Positions 18,578-28,750 of a DNA stretch of 64,000 nt are shown piece after piece. The notes beneath the pieces were generated by a model, which saw only the letters and a list, made by a program, of their open reading frames with translations, did not search any database and was not told where the DNA came from. The position numbers were made by a program, and so were the translations under genes. The stretch spans positions 10,030 through 74,029 of the forward strand of contig JAFYBN010000008.1 in NCBI GenBank assembly GCA_017540175.1, in the 5' to 3' direction. Origin of the DNA: Clostridia bacterium. GTDB taxonomy: Bacteria; Bacillota; Clostridia; Oscillospirales; CAG-272. Numbering within the stretch: position 1 is the stretch's first letter; every line of letters starts with the position of its first letter.

Positions 18578-20200
18578 TTAAAAATATTTTTTCTGAAACA
18601 GCGGATTTCCGTGGGAATACACCGGCAGGAGCTTGGGCGAGGGCGTTTCGTTCTCGATCCCCGCTGCCGTGCGCTCTTTTTCCCATTCCTCGAGGCGGCA
18701 CAGGGAAAGACTTTCGGCTTTCGTGACCGATTTCGCTTTTTCGGAAGCGTGCTTCCCCGCGCTGCGGCCGAAGACGATGACGTCGAGCAGGGAGTTTCCC
18801 ATCAGGCGGTTGCGGCCGTGGATGCCGCCGACGACCTCGCCCGCCGCGTACAGGTTTTCCACCGCCGTCATGCCGTCGGGGGTGATGTCCAGTCCGCCGT
18901 TCTGGTAGTGGAGCGTCGGATAGACGAGGATCGGCTCCTTTCGGATGTCGATGCCGTATTTCTCGAACATGCGGTGCATCGCGGGGATGCGGGCAAGGAT
19001 CGTTCCCTCCCCGCCGAGCATTTCGATCATCGGAGTGTCGAGCCAGACGCCGCAGCCGCTCGCGGTCTTCACGCCCTTTTGCCGGTCGGAGCATTCGCGG
19101 ATGATCGCCGCCGCGGCGACGTCGCGGGTCTCAAGCGGGTGCATGAAGACTTCGCCTTCCGCGTTCACGAGTTTCGCGCCGAGGGAGCGGACTTTTTCCG
19201 TGACGAGCGCGCCGAAGATCTGTTCGGGATACGCCGCGCCGGTCGGATGGTACTGCAGGGTATCCGCGTAGAGCAGCTTCGCGCCGACGCGGTAGCCGAG
19301 CGCAAGCCCATCGGCGGTCGCGCCGTAATGGTTCGAGGTCGGGAAGCCCTGATAGTGCATCCGTCCCGCGCCGCCCGTGGCGAGGATCACCGTTTTCGCG
19401 CGCGCGACGGTCAGCTCTCCGGTCTCCATGTTCATGAGCACGGCGCCCGCGCACTTCCCTTCTGTGTCCGTCAGAAGCTCGACCGCCGCGGTGAAATCGA
19501 CGATCGCGATGTTCCGGTTCAGGGCTTCGTCCCGGAGGGTGCGCATGATCTCCGCGCCGGTATAGTCCCGCGCAGCGTGCATCCTCTTGCGCGAGGTGCC
19601 GCCGCCGTGGGTCGTGATCATCGTGCCGTCCGGCGCCTTGTCAAATTCCACGCCAAGCTTGTTCAGCCAGAGAATGGCGTCCGGAGCCTCGGAGACGAGC
19701 TTGACGAGCAGCTCGGGCTTCGCGGCGAAGTGTCCGCCGCCGAACGCGTCGAGATAGTGGATCGCCGGGCTGTCGTTCGGCTTGTCCGCCGCCTGAATGC
19801 CGCCCTCCGCCATCATGGTGTTGGCGTCGCCGACGCGCAGCTTGGTGACGACGAGCACGCGCTCGCCGTTTTGCTCCGCTTCGAGCGCCGCCGAGATCCC
19901 CGCGCCGCCGCCCCCGATGATGAGGACGTCGCAGTCGTGATCGATCCGGGTGAGGTCGACGTCCGCCGGCGTGATCCGCGGACGGCCCTCGAGGACCGCC
20001 GCGAGCTCGTGCGGAACGGGATCGCCCCGGTTCGCGCCGATTTTCAGCGCTTCAAATTCTTCTTTTTTATAGTCCGGGTGGTACGCGACGAGGAGGGCGT
20101 CCTTTTCCTCCGCCGTCATTCTCTTCGGCTCGAAAAGGAGATTGGCCTCGCGCGCCGCCTCCACCTTTTTTACGGACTCAAGCATATCAAACTGTGCCAT
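18578..20200 (-). CDS. soluble fumarate reductase/succinate dehydrogenase-type FAD flavoprotein (FrdA-like) with ~100-aa N-terminal extension
   Basis: VLIIGGGGAGISAAL dinucleotide fold, LQYHPTG, TEKVR, TLHYQNGG and HGRNRLMGNSLLD match the SdhA/FrdA active-site blocks. AEGG is preceded by DANTMM rather than the SHT His, so no covalent-FAD histidine. Start trimmed to ATG 20200 (MAQFDML) behind GGGAGAG. Confidence 0.8.
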   Translation of the reverse strand: MAQFDMLESVKKVEAAREANLLFEPKRMTAEEKDALLVAYHPDYKKEEFEALKIGANRGDPVPHELAAVLEGRPRITPADVDLTRIDHDCDVLIIGGGGAGISAALEAEQNGERVLVVTKLRVGDANTMMAEGGIQAADKPNDSPAIHYLDAFGGGHFAAKPELLVKLVSEAPDAILWLNKLGVEFDKAPDGTMITTHGGGTSRKRMHAARDYTGAEIMRTLRDEALNRNIAIVDFTAAVELLTDTEGKCAGAVLMNMETGELTVARAKTVILATGGAGRMHYQGFPTSNHYGATADGLALGYRVGAKLLYADTLQYHPTGAAYPEQIFGALVTEKVRSLGAKLVNAEGEVFMHPLETRDVAAAAIIRECSDRQKGVKTASGCGVWLDTPMIEMLGGEGTILARIPAMHRMFEKYGIDIRKEPILVYPTLHYQNGGLDITPDGMTAVENLYAAGEVVGGIHGRNRLMGNSLLDVIVFGRSAGKHASEKAKSVTKAESLSLCRLEEWEKERTAAGIENETPSPKLLPVYSHGNPLFQKKYF

Positions 20201-20214
20201 ACCGCTCTCCCTTC

Positions 20215-20901
20215 TCACGCCTCGATCTCACGGTTGTTGTAAAGCTCTTTCAGTTCGTCGAGCGGCTTTTCGGTCAGAGCCTCAAGCAGCTCGGAGAACG
20301 TGCCGTTTTCGATTTCGCGCACCCGGTCTTCCAGATGTGCCGACGCGGGCGCGAGGTATTTGCCGTTGATGCGGCGCGCGAGCTGGGCGACCTGCGGGTG
20401 GGAGATCCCCGCCGGGCACCGGGACGAGCAGACCCCGCACATCACGCAGTCGAAGGACTCCTCCGCGCAGCGCGCGAAATCCCCTCTCTGGGCGTAGGCG
20501 ATGTACTGCATCACCTTCAGCCCCTGCGTGCAGGATTTCGTGCAGGCGTTGCATCCGATGCAGGCGTAGATTTCGGGATAGAGCTGCATCATCACCGCCT
20601 CGCCGGGGGTGATTTTTTCGATGTCGTAAACCTGCTTGACGAGCGGGAAGAACGGCAGGGTCGCGATGTACATGTCGTTCTCAACTTTCGTCTGGCAGGC
20701 GAGGCAGACCTTCAGCTCCCTGTCCCCCTTGATGCGGTAGATGGTCGCGCACGCGCCGCAGAAGCCGTTGCGGCAGCCGCATCCGCGGACGAGCTGATAG
20801 CCCGCGTATTCCATCGCGCCCATGATCGTGAGGCTTTCGGGCACGGCGTAGCGTTTCCCGAACAAATAGATATTGACTGTGTTTTCCATGTCGCTTTTCA
20901 T
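20215..20901 (-). CDS. FrdB/SdhB-like iron-sulfur subunit ([2Fe-2S] plus two Cx2Cx2Cx3C clusters)
   Basis: The C-x4-C-x2-C-x14-C motif (GCRNGFCGACAT...VCLAC), CIGCNACTKSC and CVMCGVCSSRCP are present. Start is ATG 20901 or 20889; the track start 20979 is over-extended. Confidence 0.78.
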   Translation of the reverse strand: MKSDMENTVNIYLFGKRYAVPESLTIMGAMEYAGYQLVRGCGCRNGFCGACATIYRIKGDRELKVCLACQTKVENDMYIATLPFFPLVKQVYDIEKITPGEAVMMQLYPEIYACIGCNACTKSCTQGLKVMQYIAYAQRGDFARCAEESFDCVMCGVCSSRCPAGISHPQVAQLARRINGKYLAPASAHLEDRVREIENGTFSELLEALTEKPLDELKELYNNREIEA

Positions 20902-20905
20902 CCTC

Positions 20906-21727
20906 TCAATACTCGTCCGGAAGCTCGCCGAGCTCGTCGAAGCGGAAGACCGGGCCGTCCTTGCAGACGTATTTCGCACCGATGTTGCACCGCCCGCATT
21001 TGCCGACGCCGCATTTCATTCTGAGCTCCATCGTCGTGTAGATCTGTTCCGGGCGGAAGCCAAGCTCCGTCAGACCCTGAACCGTGAACTTGATCATGAT
21101 CGGCGGTCCGCAGACCAGCGCGACGCTGTCGAGCGAGGGAGAGAGTTCCTTGACGTAGTTCGGCACGAAACCGACGTGCCCGTCCCAGGCGTCCTCAGCG
21201 CGGTCGATGGTGAGGTGCACGTTCATGTCGCGCGTCCACTCGGTCGTGATCTCGTCGTAATCCACGAGATCCGCCTTCGAGCGCGCGCCATAGATGATTT
21301 CCACGTTTCCGTAATTCTCACGTTTCGCGCGGACATAGCGGATGACCGAGCGCAGGGGCGCGAGCCCAATGCCGCCCGCGATGAAGAGCAGGTTTTTGTG
21401 AAGCAGCTCATCGTCGACGGGGAACGGACGCCCGTACGGTCCGCGCACGGTGACCTCCATGCCGGGCTCGAGCATGTGAAGCCATTCGGTGAGGTGTCCG
21501 CATTTCTTGATGGAGAATTCAAGCCATTCGAGGTCCGTGGGGGAGCTCGTCACGGAAAACATCGCCTCGCCGATCCCCGGCAGGGACACCATGGCGCACT
21601 GGCCCGGGAGGTGCTCGAAGGGCTTCTTTCCGTCCCGCGATACGACGCGGAAGGTTTTGACGTCCGGGGTGTCCGTGCGGATCTCCGTGACCGTACAGAT
21701 TGCCGGGAGCATGGTTTCAGGATTCAT
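20906..21727 (-). CDS. FAD/NAD(P)-binding oxidoreductase with C-terminal [2Fe-2S] (FlxA / AsrB / HydG-gamma-like)
   Basis: 273 aa with a ferredoxin-reductase fold (…LLFIAGGIGLAPLRS…) and C-terminal CGVGKCGRCNIG. RBS GGAGGA. Overlaps the upstream gene by 11 nt. Confidence 0.85.
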   Translation of the reverse strand: MNPETMLPAICTVTEIRTDTPDVKTFRVVSRDGKKPFEHLPGQCAMVSLPGIGEAMFSVTSSPTDLEWLEFSIKKCGHLTEWLHMLEPGMEVTVRGPYGRPFPVDDELLHKNLLFIAGGIGLAPLRSVIRYVRAKRENYGNVEIIYGARSKADLVDYDEITTEWTRDMNVHLTIDRAEDAWDGHVGFVPNYVKELSPSLDSVALVCGPPIMIKFTVQGLTELGFRPEQIYTTMELRMKCGVGKCGRCNIGAKYVCKDGPVFRFDELGELPDEY

Positions 21728-22748
21728 TTCCGTCCTCCGCTAAAGTCTTCAGCACCTTGACGATGTTCATGCCGATGGGGCAGGCGCGCAGACAGCGTCC
21801 GCATCCCACACAGCCGAACTCGCCGCCGTTGTTTTCGGGGAAATACACGAGCTTGTGCATGAACCGCTGGCGGAAGCGCTCCTTCTGCGTCAGGCGCGGA
21901 TTGCCGCCCGCCATTTTGGTGAAATCGGAATACATGCAGCTGTCCCAGCACCGGAACCGCCTGACCTCGCGCCCCGTGTCAAAATCGCGGATGTCGTAAC
22001 ACTGGCAGGTCGGGCAGACGAAGGTGCAGGTGCCGCAGCCGATGCAGCTCTCCGAGAGGGAGCTCCATTCGGGACGGTCGAAGAGATCCTTGGTTTTGCC
22101 CCCGCCGAATTTCTCGAGCGGGAGGGTGCCGAGGGGAAGACGGTCCGCGATCCGCTTCGTCTGTGCGCGGGCCTCTTTCTCGCCCGCCTCATCCGCTTCG
22201 TCAAAGACGCCGGAGAGGGACTCGAGGAACGCCTCGCCCTTTTCGGAGTTCGCGCGGACGTAATACCCTTCACCGTCGTCCGTGAAGGTCACGTCTCCCT
22301 CGGGAGCGGACGGGTCGATGCCGAACGCCGTGCAGAAGCAGGTTTCGGCTGGCCGGCGGCAGGAGACCGATAAAACCAGTCCGTGCGCGCGGCGGTTTGC
22401 GTAATAGGTATCGGCAGGGTCGGAGAGGAAGACCTTGTCGAGGATCGAAAAGCTGCGCGCGTCGCAGGCGCGGACGCCGAATACGGCGAAGTCCTCGGTT
22501 TCGCGGCGCGGGTCGACGATCTCGAGCTTCTTCTCCGTTCTGCGGAAGCCGACGAGATTTTCCGTCTGCGGGAAGAAGAAATCCTTCGCCGAACGGGTTG
22601 TATTCAGCGCCTTCGATACGACGGTCCCGGGCATCCAGAGGCGGTACGCGGCGCGGTTTTGTTCCCCGTCGACGGGCACATAGATTTTTCTCAGCTTTGC
22701 CGCATCTTCAAGGAAGCGGTCGAGCCGGGCGGTGGGCAGATATTTCAT
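21717..22748 (-). CDS. 4Fe-4S polyferredoxin-type subunit (FlxB / AsrA / HydB-beta-like)
   Basis: 343 aa. CIGCGTCTFVCPTCQC and CVGCGRCLRACP clusters, AsrA-like N-terminal region. TAATG junction with the upstream gene. Confidence 0.8.
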   Translation of the reverse strand: MKYLPTARLDRFLEDAAKLRKIYVPVDGEQNRAAYRLWMPGTVVSKALNTTRSAKDFFFPQTENLVGFRRTEKKLEIVDPRRETEDFAVFGVRACDARSFSILDKVFLSDPADTYYANRRAHGLVLSVSCRRPAETCFCTAFGIDPSAPEGDVTFTDDGEGYYVRANSEKGEAFLESLSGVFDEADEAGEKEARAQTKRIADRLPLGTLPLEKFGGGKTKDLFDRPEWSSLSESCIGCGTCTFVCPTCQCYDIRDFDTGREVRRFRCWDSCMYSDFTKMAGGNPRLTQKERFRQRFMHKLVYFPENNGGEFGCVGCGRCLRACPIGMNIVKVLKTLAEDGNES

Positions 22749-23728
22749 TATGCGCGCCCCCTTTCGTTCACGACCGACGGTTCGACGTCGCCCTCGGTGT
22801 AGGAGACGAGCGGATTCTTTCCGTCCTCGCTCTCTCCCGCCCGGTACGCGCCGTAGAGCTCGTCGATATCCTTGATGAATTTACGGTTCAGAAGATGCAG
22901 CGGGATGTGCTCGGGGCAGACGCGGGAGCACTCGCCGCAGTCGGTACAGCGTCCCGCGACGTGGAACGCGCGGATGATGTGGTACATGTTTTCCTCAAAC
23001 GGGTCCGCCGCCGCCTTCTGGGAGATGCCCGAGGCGGGATTGTCGAACACGCAGTTCTCGCAGGAGCACGCGGGACATACGTTCCGGCACGCGTTGCACC
23101 GGACGCACCGCGACAGCTCGCCGCGCCAGAACTCGAAGCGTTCCTCCGGCGTCATAGCCTCGAGCCGCGCCACTTCGGTAAAACGCACGTCGTCCGGGAC
23201 GTCCTCGCCCTCCTCGCCGATCAGCTCGTCACAGGAAGCGTGCCGCTTCGATTTGCACGAGAGACACCGCTCGGCGAGCGCTTCCTTCACGGAAACCCTC
23301 TCGTCTCCGTAAAGGGTATGGACGAGGAAGTCCTCTCCCTCGTGCTCGATGCCGAGAATGCCGTCGATGCCGCGCGCACGGATCCTGTCGGCGTCCGCCA
23401 TGCCCTCGCAGGGGATGCCGACGGCGTACACGTTTTCCTTCGCGATCCGGTGCTCTTTGAGCAGTTCGCCATACGAATAGGAGTCGCAGGGCTTGAGGAA
23501 GACGAGGATCTTCCCTTTCCCGGGCTTTGACGCTTCCTGAATCAGATATTTCGAAAGGTTCGCCCCGCAGAAACCGTCGAACACGAAATCGCGCTCGAGC
23601 TCTTCGGCGGATTCAAATACCGCGGGGGTGATATCGTAGGAGAATTCGCCCTTTTTCCAGCCGAGCACGCGGGTGACAACTCCGTCCCCGAGCAGCTCGC
23701 GGGCGCGGGCTTTCAGTCTTTCCTGCAT
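22748..23728 (-). CDS. 4Fe-4S dicluster protein (FlxC-like; FrhB/AsrA-related)
   Basis: CVRCNACRNVCPACSC and CTDCGECSRVCP motifs. Start trimmed to ATG 23728 (MQERLKAR) behind GGAGGA. Overlaps the mvhD stop. Confidence 0.72.
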   Translation of the reverse strand: MQERLKARARELLGDGVVTRVLGWKKGEFSYDITPAVFESAEELERDFVFDGFCGANLSKYLIQEASKPGKGKILVFLKPCDSYSYGELLKEHRIAKENVYAVGIPCEGMADADRIRARGIDGILGIEHEGEDFLVHTLYGDERVSVKEALAERCLSCKSKRHASCDELIGEEGEDVPDDVRFTEVARLEAMTPEERFEFWRGELSRCVRCNACRNVCPACSCENCVFDNPASGISQKAAADPFEENMYHIIRAFHVAGRCTDCGECSRVCPEHIPLHLLNRKFIKDIDELYGAYRAGESEDGKNPLVSYTEGDVEPSVVNERGRA

Positions 23729-24153
23729 CTTAAATCCTCCAGTCTCCGGTTCGGACCGAGCGCTGTGACATCCTTCACGAAGGAGCGCATGGTCTCGGCG
23801 AATTTCTGGCCTTCCGCCGCGGAAACCCATTCCACGCGCGTGCGCGCTCTCTCAATGCCGAGATAATCGAGCATCGAGAAGAGGAGCGTCATGCGGCGGC
23901 GGGTGTAGTAGTTTCCTGTCGTGTAATGGCAGTCCCCCGGATGGCAGCCGCAGATGATCACGCCGTCCGCGCCGCGCTGGAACGCGCGGAGGATGAAGGT
24001 CGGGTTGACCCTGCAGGAGCACGGCACGCGGATGATCTTCACGTTCGCGGGATAGGGCAGCCGGTTGGTGCCGGACAGATCGGCGCCCGCGTAGGAGCAC
24101 CAGTTGCAGCAGAACGCAACGATCGTCGGCACAAATTCTTCGTTTACCTGCAT
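23713..24153 (-). CDS. mvhD: MvhD/FlxD-like [2Fe-2S] electron-transfer protein
   Basis: IVAFCCNWCSYAGADLSG...IIRVPCSCRVNP...GADGVIICGCHPGDCHY is the MvhD (methyl-viologen-reducing hydrogenase delta) signature. Start trimmed to ATG 24153 behind GGAGGTG. Overlaps the hdrA stop by 10 nt. Confidence 0.88.
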   Translation of the reverse strand: MQVNEEFVPTIVAFCCNWCSYAGADLSGTNRLPYPANVKIIRVPCSCRVNPTFILRAFQRGADGVIICGCHPGDCHYTTGNYYTRRRMTLLFSMLDYLGIERARTRVEWVSAAEGQKFAETMRSFVKDVTALGPNRRLEDLRCRKD

Positions 24154-26135
24154 ATCGCGTCCACCTCCGCCATGATCTGGGAATTCGAGAAGCCGGAGAG
24201 GTCCATCGCGCCGGACGGGCACGCGACCGTGCACGCGCCGCAGCCCTGACAGACCGCGGGATTGACCGACGCCACGCGCCGCACCTTCGTCGTGCGGTCG
24301 GGCATGCGGAACTCTTTGTCAAGATAGGTGATCGCCCCGTAGGGACACACGTTCGCGCAGGAGGAGCATCCGTTGCACATCAGCTCGTCGGAATGCGCCA
24401 CGCAGGGATTTCCGGTCAGCTTGTTCTTCGAGAGCAGTCCGATGACCTTCGCCGCGCAGGCTCCCGCCTGGGAGACCGTTTCGGGAATGTCCTTCGGTCC
24501 CTGGCACACGCCGGAGAGGAAGATCCCTGCGGTCGGAGACTCTACGGGGCGGAGCTTCGGATGCGCCTCCGTGAAGAAGTCGTTCGTGTCCATCGACGCC
24601 GTGAGCATCGTGGCGAGCTTGCGCGCGGTCTTCGACGGCTCGATCGCAGCGGCGAGCACGACGAGATCGGCGGAGATGCGGAGCTGCTCGTCCATGATGA
24701 GGTCCGCCGCCTGCACGTCGAGCGTTCCGTCCGCGCGGGGGACGATCTTGCCGACCGCGCCCTTGATGTAGTGGACGCCAAATTCCTCGGCGGCGCGGCG
24801 GTAGAACTCGTCGAAGTTCTTGCCGGGCGTTCTCACGTCGATGTAGAAGACGTAGACCTCGGTGTCGGGGTATTTCTCGCGGGTGAGCATCGCGTGCTTC
24901 GCCGTGTACATGCAGCAGATCTTCGAGCAGTAGGGCTTGCCTTTCTCCAGCACGCACCGCGAGCCGACACACTGGATGAAGACGATGGTATGCGGGTGTT
25001 TGCCGTCGGAGGGACGCAGCAGGACCCCGCCGGTCGGTCCCGCGGCGTTCGTCAGCCGCTCGAACTCGAGGGAGGTGATCACGTCCTTCGATTCCGTATA
25101 AGCGTACTCGCCGTACCGGGTCACGTCCGAAATCTCGTAGCCCGTCGCGGCGACGATCGCGCCGTAATGCTCTTCGACGATCTCGTCCGTCTGCTTGTAG
25201 TTGATCGCTCCCGCCTCGCAGACGCGGGAGCAGAGCCCGCATTTGCCGTTTTTCAGCATATTGCACCGGTCGGGGTCGATGACGGCGATCTTCGGGATCG
25301 CCTGCGCGAAGGGGATGTAGACCGCGCGCCGGTTGTCGAAGCCTAAATTGAATTCGTTCGGCACGTTTTTCACCGGGCATTTCTCGGTGCAGAGCCCGCA
25401 GCCCGTGCATTTGACCTCGTCGACATACCGCGCCTTTTTGCGGATCTTCACGGTAAAGCTGCCGACGAAGCCGGAGACGGATTCGACCTCGCTGTAGGAG
25501 AAGATGCGGATATTCTCGTTCTGTGCGCATTCCACCATCTTCGGGGTGAGGATGCACGCGGAGCAGTCGAGCGTCGGGAAGGTCTTGTCGATCTGCGCCA
25601 TCTTGCCGCCGATGGTGGGCTTCTGTTCGACGATGTCCACGGGGAAGCCCGCCTCCGCAATGTCCAGCGCGGTCTGAATGCCCGCGATGCCGCCGCCGAT
25701 GACGAGCGCGCGCTTGGTCACGGGGCTTTCCCCCGCGATGAGCGGCGCGTTGAGCAGCGCCTTCGCGATGGCGGCGCGTCCGAGGATGATCGCTTTTTCC
25801 GTCGCCTCCGCCTTGTCCTTGTGGATCCACGAGCACTGCTCGCGGATGTTCGCGACCTCAACTAGATAGGGATTCAGCCCCGCGGACGCCGCCGCGCGGC
25901 GGAAGGTGACCTCGTGCATGCGCGGCGAGCAGGAGCAGATCACGACTCCGGTCAGCTCATGCTCGCGGATCGCGTCCTTGATGAGGTTCTGCCCGGATTC
26001 CGAGCACATATAGGGGTAGTCCGCCGCAAAGACCACGGAGGGTTCCTTCGCGAGCGCGTCCACGACTGCCTTCACATCCACGGTCGCCGCGATGTTCGTG
26101 CCGCAGTGGCAGACAAATACGCCGATTTTCTGCAT
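24144..26135 (-). CDS. hdrA: heterodisulfide reductase subunit A-like bifurcating flavoprotein
   Basis: 663 aa. N-terminal Cys-rich domain (VFVCHCGTNIA), FAD fold ALVIGGGIAGIQTALD, inserted ferredoxin CTGCGLCTEKCP and C-terminal CNGCSSCANVCP/CQGCGACTVACP. Confidence 0.9.
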   Translation of the reverse strand: MQKIGVFVCHCGTNIAATVDVKAVVDALAKEPSVVFAADYPYMCSESGQNLIKDAIREHELTGVVICSCSPRMHEVTFRRAAASAGLNPYLVEVANIREQCSWIHKDKAEATEKAIILGRAAIAKALLNAPLIAGESPVTKRALVIGGGIAGIQTALDIAEAGFPVDIVEQKPTIGGKMAQIDKTFPTLDCSACILTPKMVECAQNENIRIFSYSEVESVSGFVGSFTVKIRKKARYVDEVKCTGCGLCTEKCPVKNVPNEFNLGFDNRRAVYIPFAQAIPKIAVIDPDRCNMLKNGKCGLCSRVCEAGAINYKQTDEIVEEHYGAIVAATGYEISDVTRYGEYAYTESKDVITSLEFERLTNAAGPTGGVLLRPSDGKHPHTIVFIQCVGSRCVLEKGKPYCSKICCMYTAKHAMLTREKYPDTEVYVFYIDVRTPGKNFDEFYRRAAEEFGVHYIKGAVGKIVPRADGTLDVQAADLIMDEQLRISADLVVLAAAIEPSKTARKLATMLTASMDTNDFFTEAHPKLRPVESPTAGIFLSGVCQGPKDIPETVSQAGACAAKVIGLLSKNKLTGNPCVAHSDELMCNGCSSCANVCPYGAITYLDKEFRMPDRTTKVRRVASVNPAVCQGCGACTVACPSGAMDLSGFSNSQIMAEVDAICR

Positions 26136-26151
26136 TCGCTTCTTCCCCCTC

Positions 26152-26538
26152 TCACTTTGTGTATTTCCGCATGGCGGTCACGATCGCCTGCTGCGGAAGG
26201 TCTTTGTCCCAGAGCCCGGGAATGTCGTCGGGCTTCAGGCGGTTCATGCCCTGCTCGCGGATGACAATGAGGCGCACCGCCTCCACGACCTTCGCCGGTT
26301 CGACCCCGCGTGGACAGCGCTCCACGCAGGCGAAGCAGGTCAGGCATTTATAGATGGACTCCGACGCCATGAGCTTTTCGATATCTCCCTTTTCCACGAG
26401 ATAGACGAACTCATGGGGGTGGTACTCCATGTCCTCATACGAGGGGCAGCTCGCCGAGCATTTGCCGCAGCGCATGCATTTCTCGACGGCGGACCCGCTC
26501 ATGCGGACGATTTCTTCTTTCAGATCCTGTTTGTTCAA
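26152..26538 (-). CDS. hdrC: heterodisulfide reductase subunit C-like (2x[4Fe-4S])
   Basis: CMRCGKCSASCP and CLTCFACVERCP motifs. TTG start overlaps the hdrB stop (TTGA) and follows GGGGGAG. Confidence 0.85.
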   Translation of the reverse strand: MNKQDLKEEIVRMSGSAVEKCMRCGKCSASCPSYEDMEYHPHEFVYLVEKGDIEKLMASESIYKCLTCFACVERCPRGVEPAKVVEAVRLIVIREQGMNRLKPDDIPGLWDKDLPQQAIVTAMRKYTK

Positions 26539-27352
26539 GCGTTTTCTCCCCCTTCCTTCAAGCCGAGGGCTTCGGCGAGCACGTCCGTGAAATACCGGAT
26601 CTCAAGCGGACCCGCCGCGTTTTTCGTCAGATTATAGAGGCAGAGCGGACAGGCGGTGATCATGCAGTCCGCGCCCATCTCGACCGCCGAGCTGAGCACG
26701 GCGGCGCTTCTCTTCTTCGCCGCGTCCCGGTCCTCGAGCGTGAGGTACCCGCCGCAGCATTCGTTCCGCATGGCGTAGCGGACGGGCTCGGCTCCGAGCG
26801 CGCGGATGAAGTCCTCCATCACGGTGGGGTTCTCCGGCGAATCGAAGGCGAGCGTCTCTGACGGTCGGAGCAGCAGGCAGCCGTAATACGGGGCGATCTT
26901 TCGACCTTTGAGCGGCTTTTTGACCGCCGCGCGAAGCTTGTCGAAGCCGATCTCGTCCCTGAGCAGCTCGAACCAGTGCACGACCTCTGCTTCCCCGCGG
27001 TACGGCGGATCGGTCTTTTCATACCGGGAAACCTTCGCGGCAAACTCCGAATCGGTGCGGAATGCCGCGTTCGTCTGCTTCAATACGTTATAGCACGCGG
27101 AGCAGACCGTCACGACCCGGCCGCCGTGATCCCTTGCCCACGTCAGGGCGCGGGCGGCGGCGAGCTTGGTCGCGATCTCGTCGCGCGATGTGGTGAACGC
27201 CCCGCCGCAGCACTGCCATTCGTCGATCTCCTCGAATTCATAGCCGAGGAGGCGGGCGGCGGCCCTTGCCTCTTCGTCGAGGGCGCGCGCCTTGTTTTTC
27301 AGCGTACAGCCGGGGTAATAAGCAATTTTCGTCATAATCGGTTCCTTTTCGG

Positions 27353-27356
<4 letters not shown>
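26535..27356 (-). CDS. hdrB: heterodisulfide reductase subunit B-like (two CCG domains)
   Basis: YYPGCTL...CCGG and a second ...YYGC...CCGG repeat. Start is ATG 27356 (ATGA overlap with the fumC stop) or ATG 27335 (MTKIAYYPGC behind AAGGAA). Confidence 0.85.
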
Positions 27357-28729
<1,373 letters not shown>

Positions 28730-28750
28730 AACCTTGTCTTCCCTTCTCTC

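Noticed and set aside
24319-25836. 505-aa same-strand alternate-frame ORF inside hdrA, and similar ones inside other genes (e.g. 28713-29759, 61148-61972)
   Set aside because: These are Arg/Pro/Gly-rich out-of-frame translations of genes whose primary frames carry clear family motifs. There is no independent start signal.
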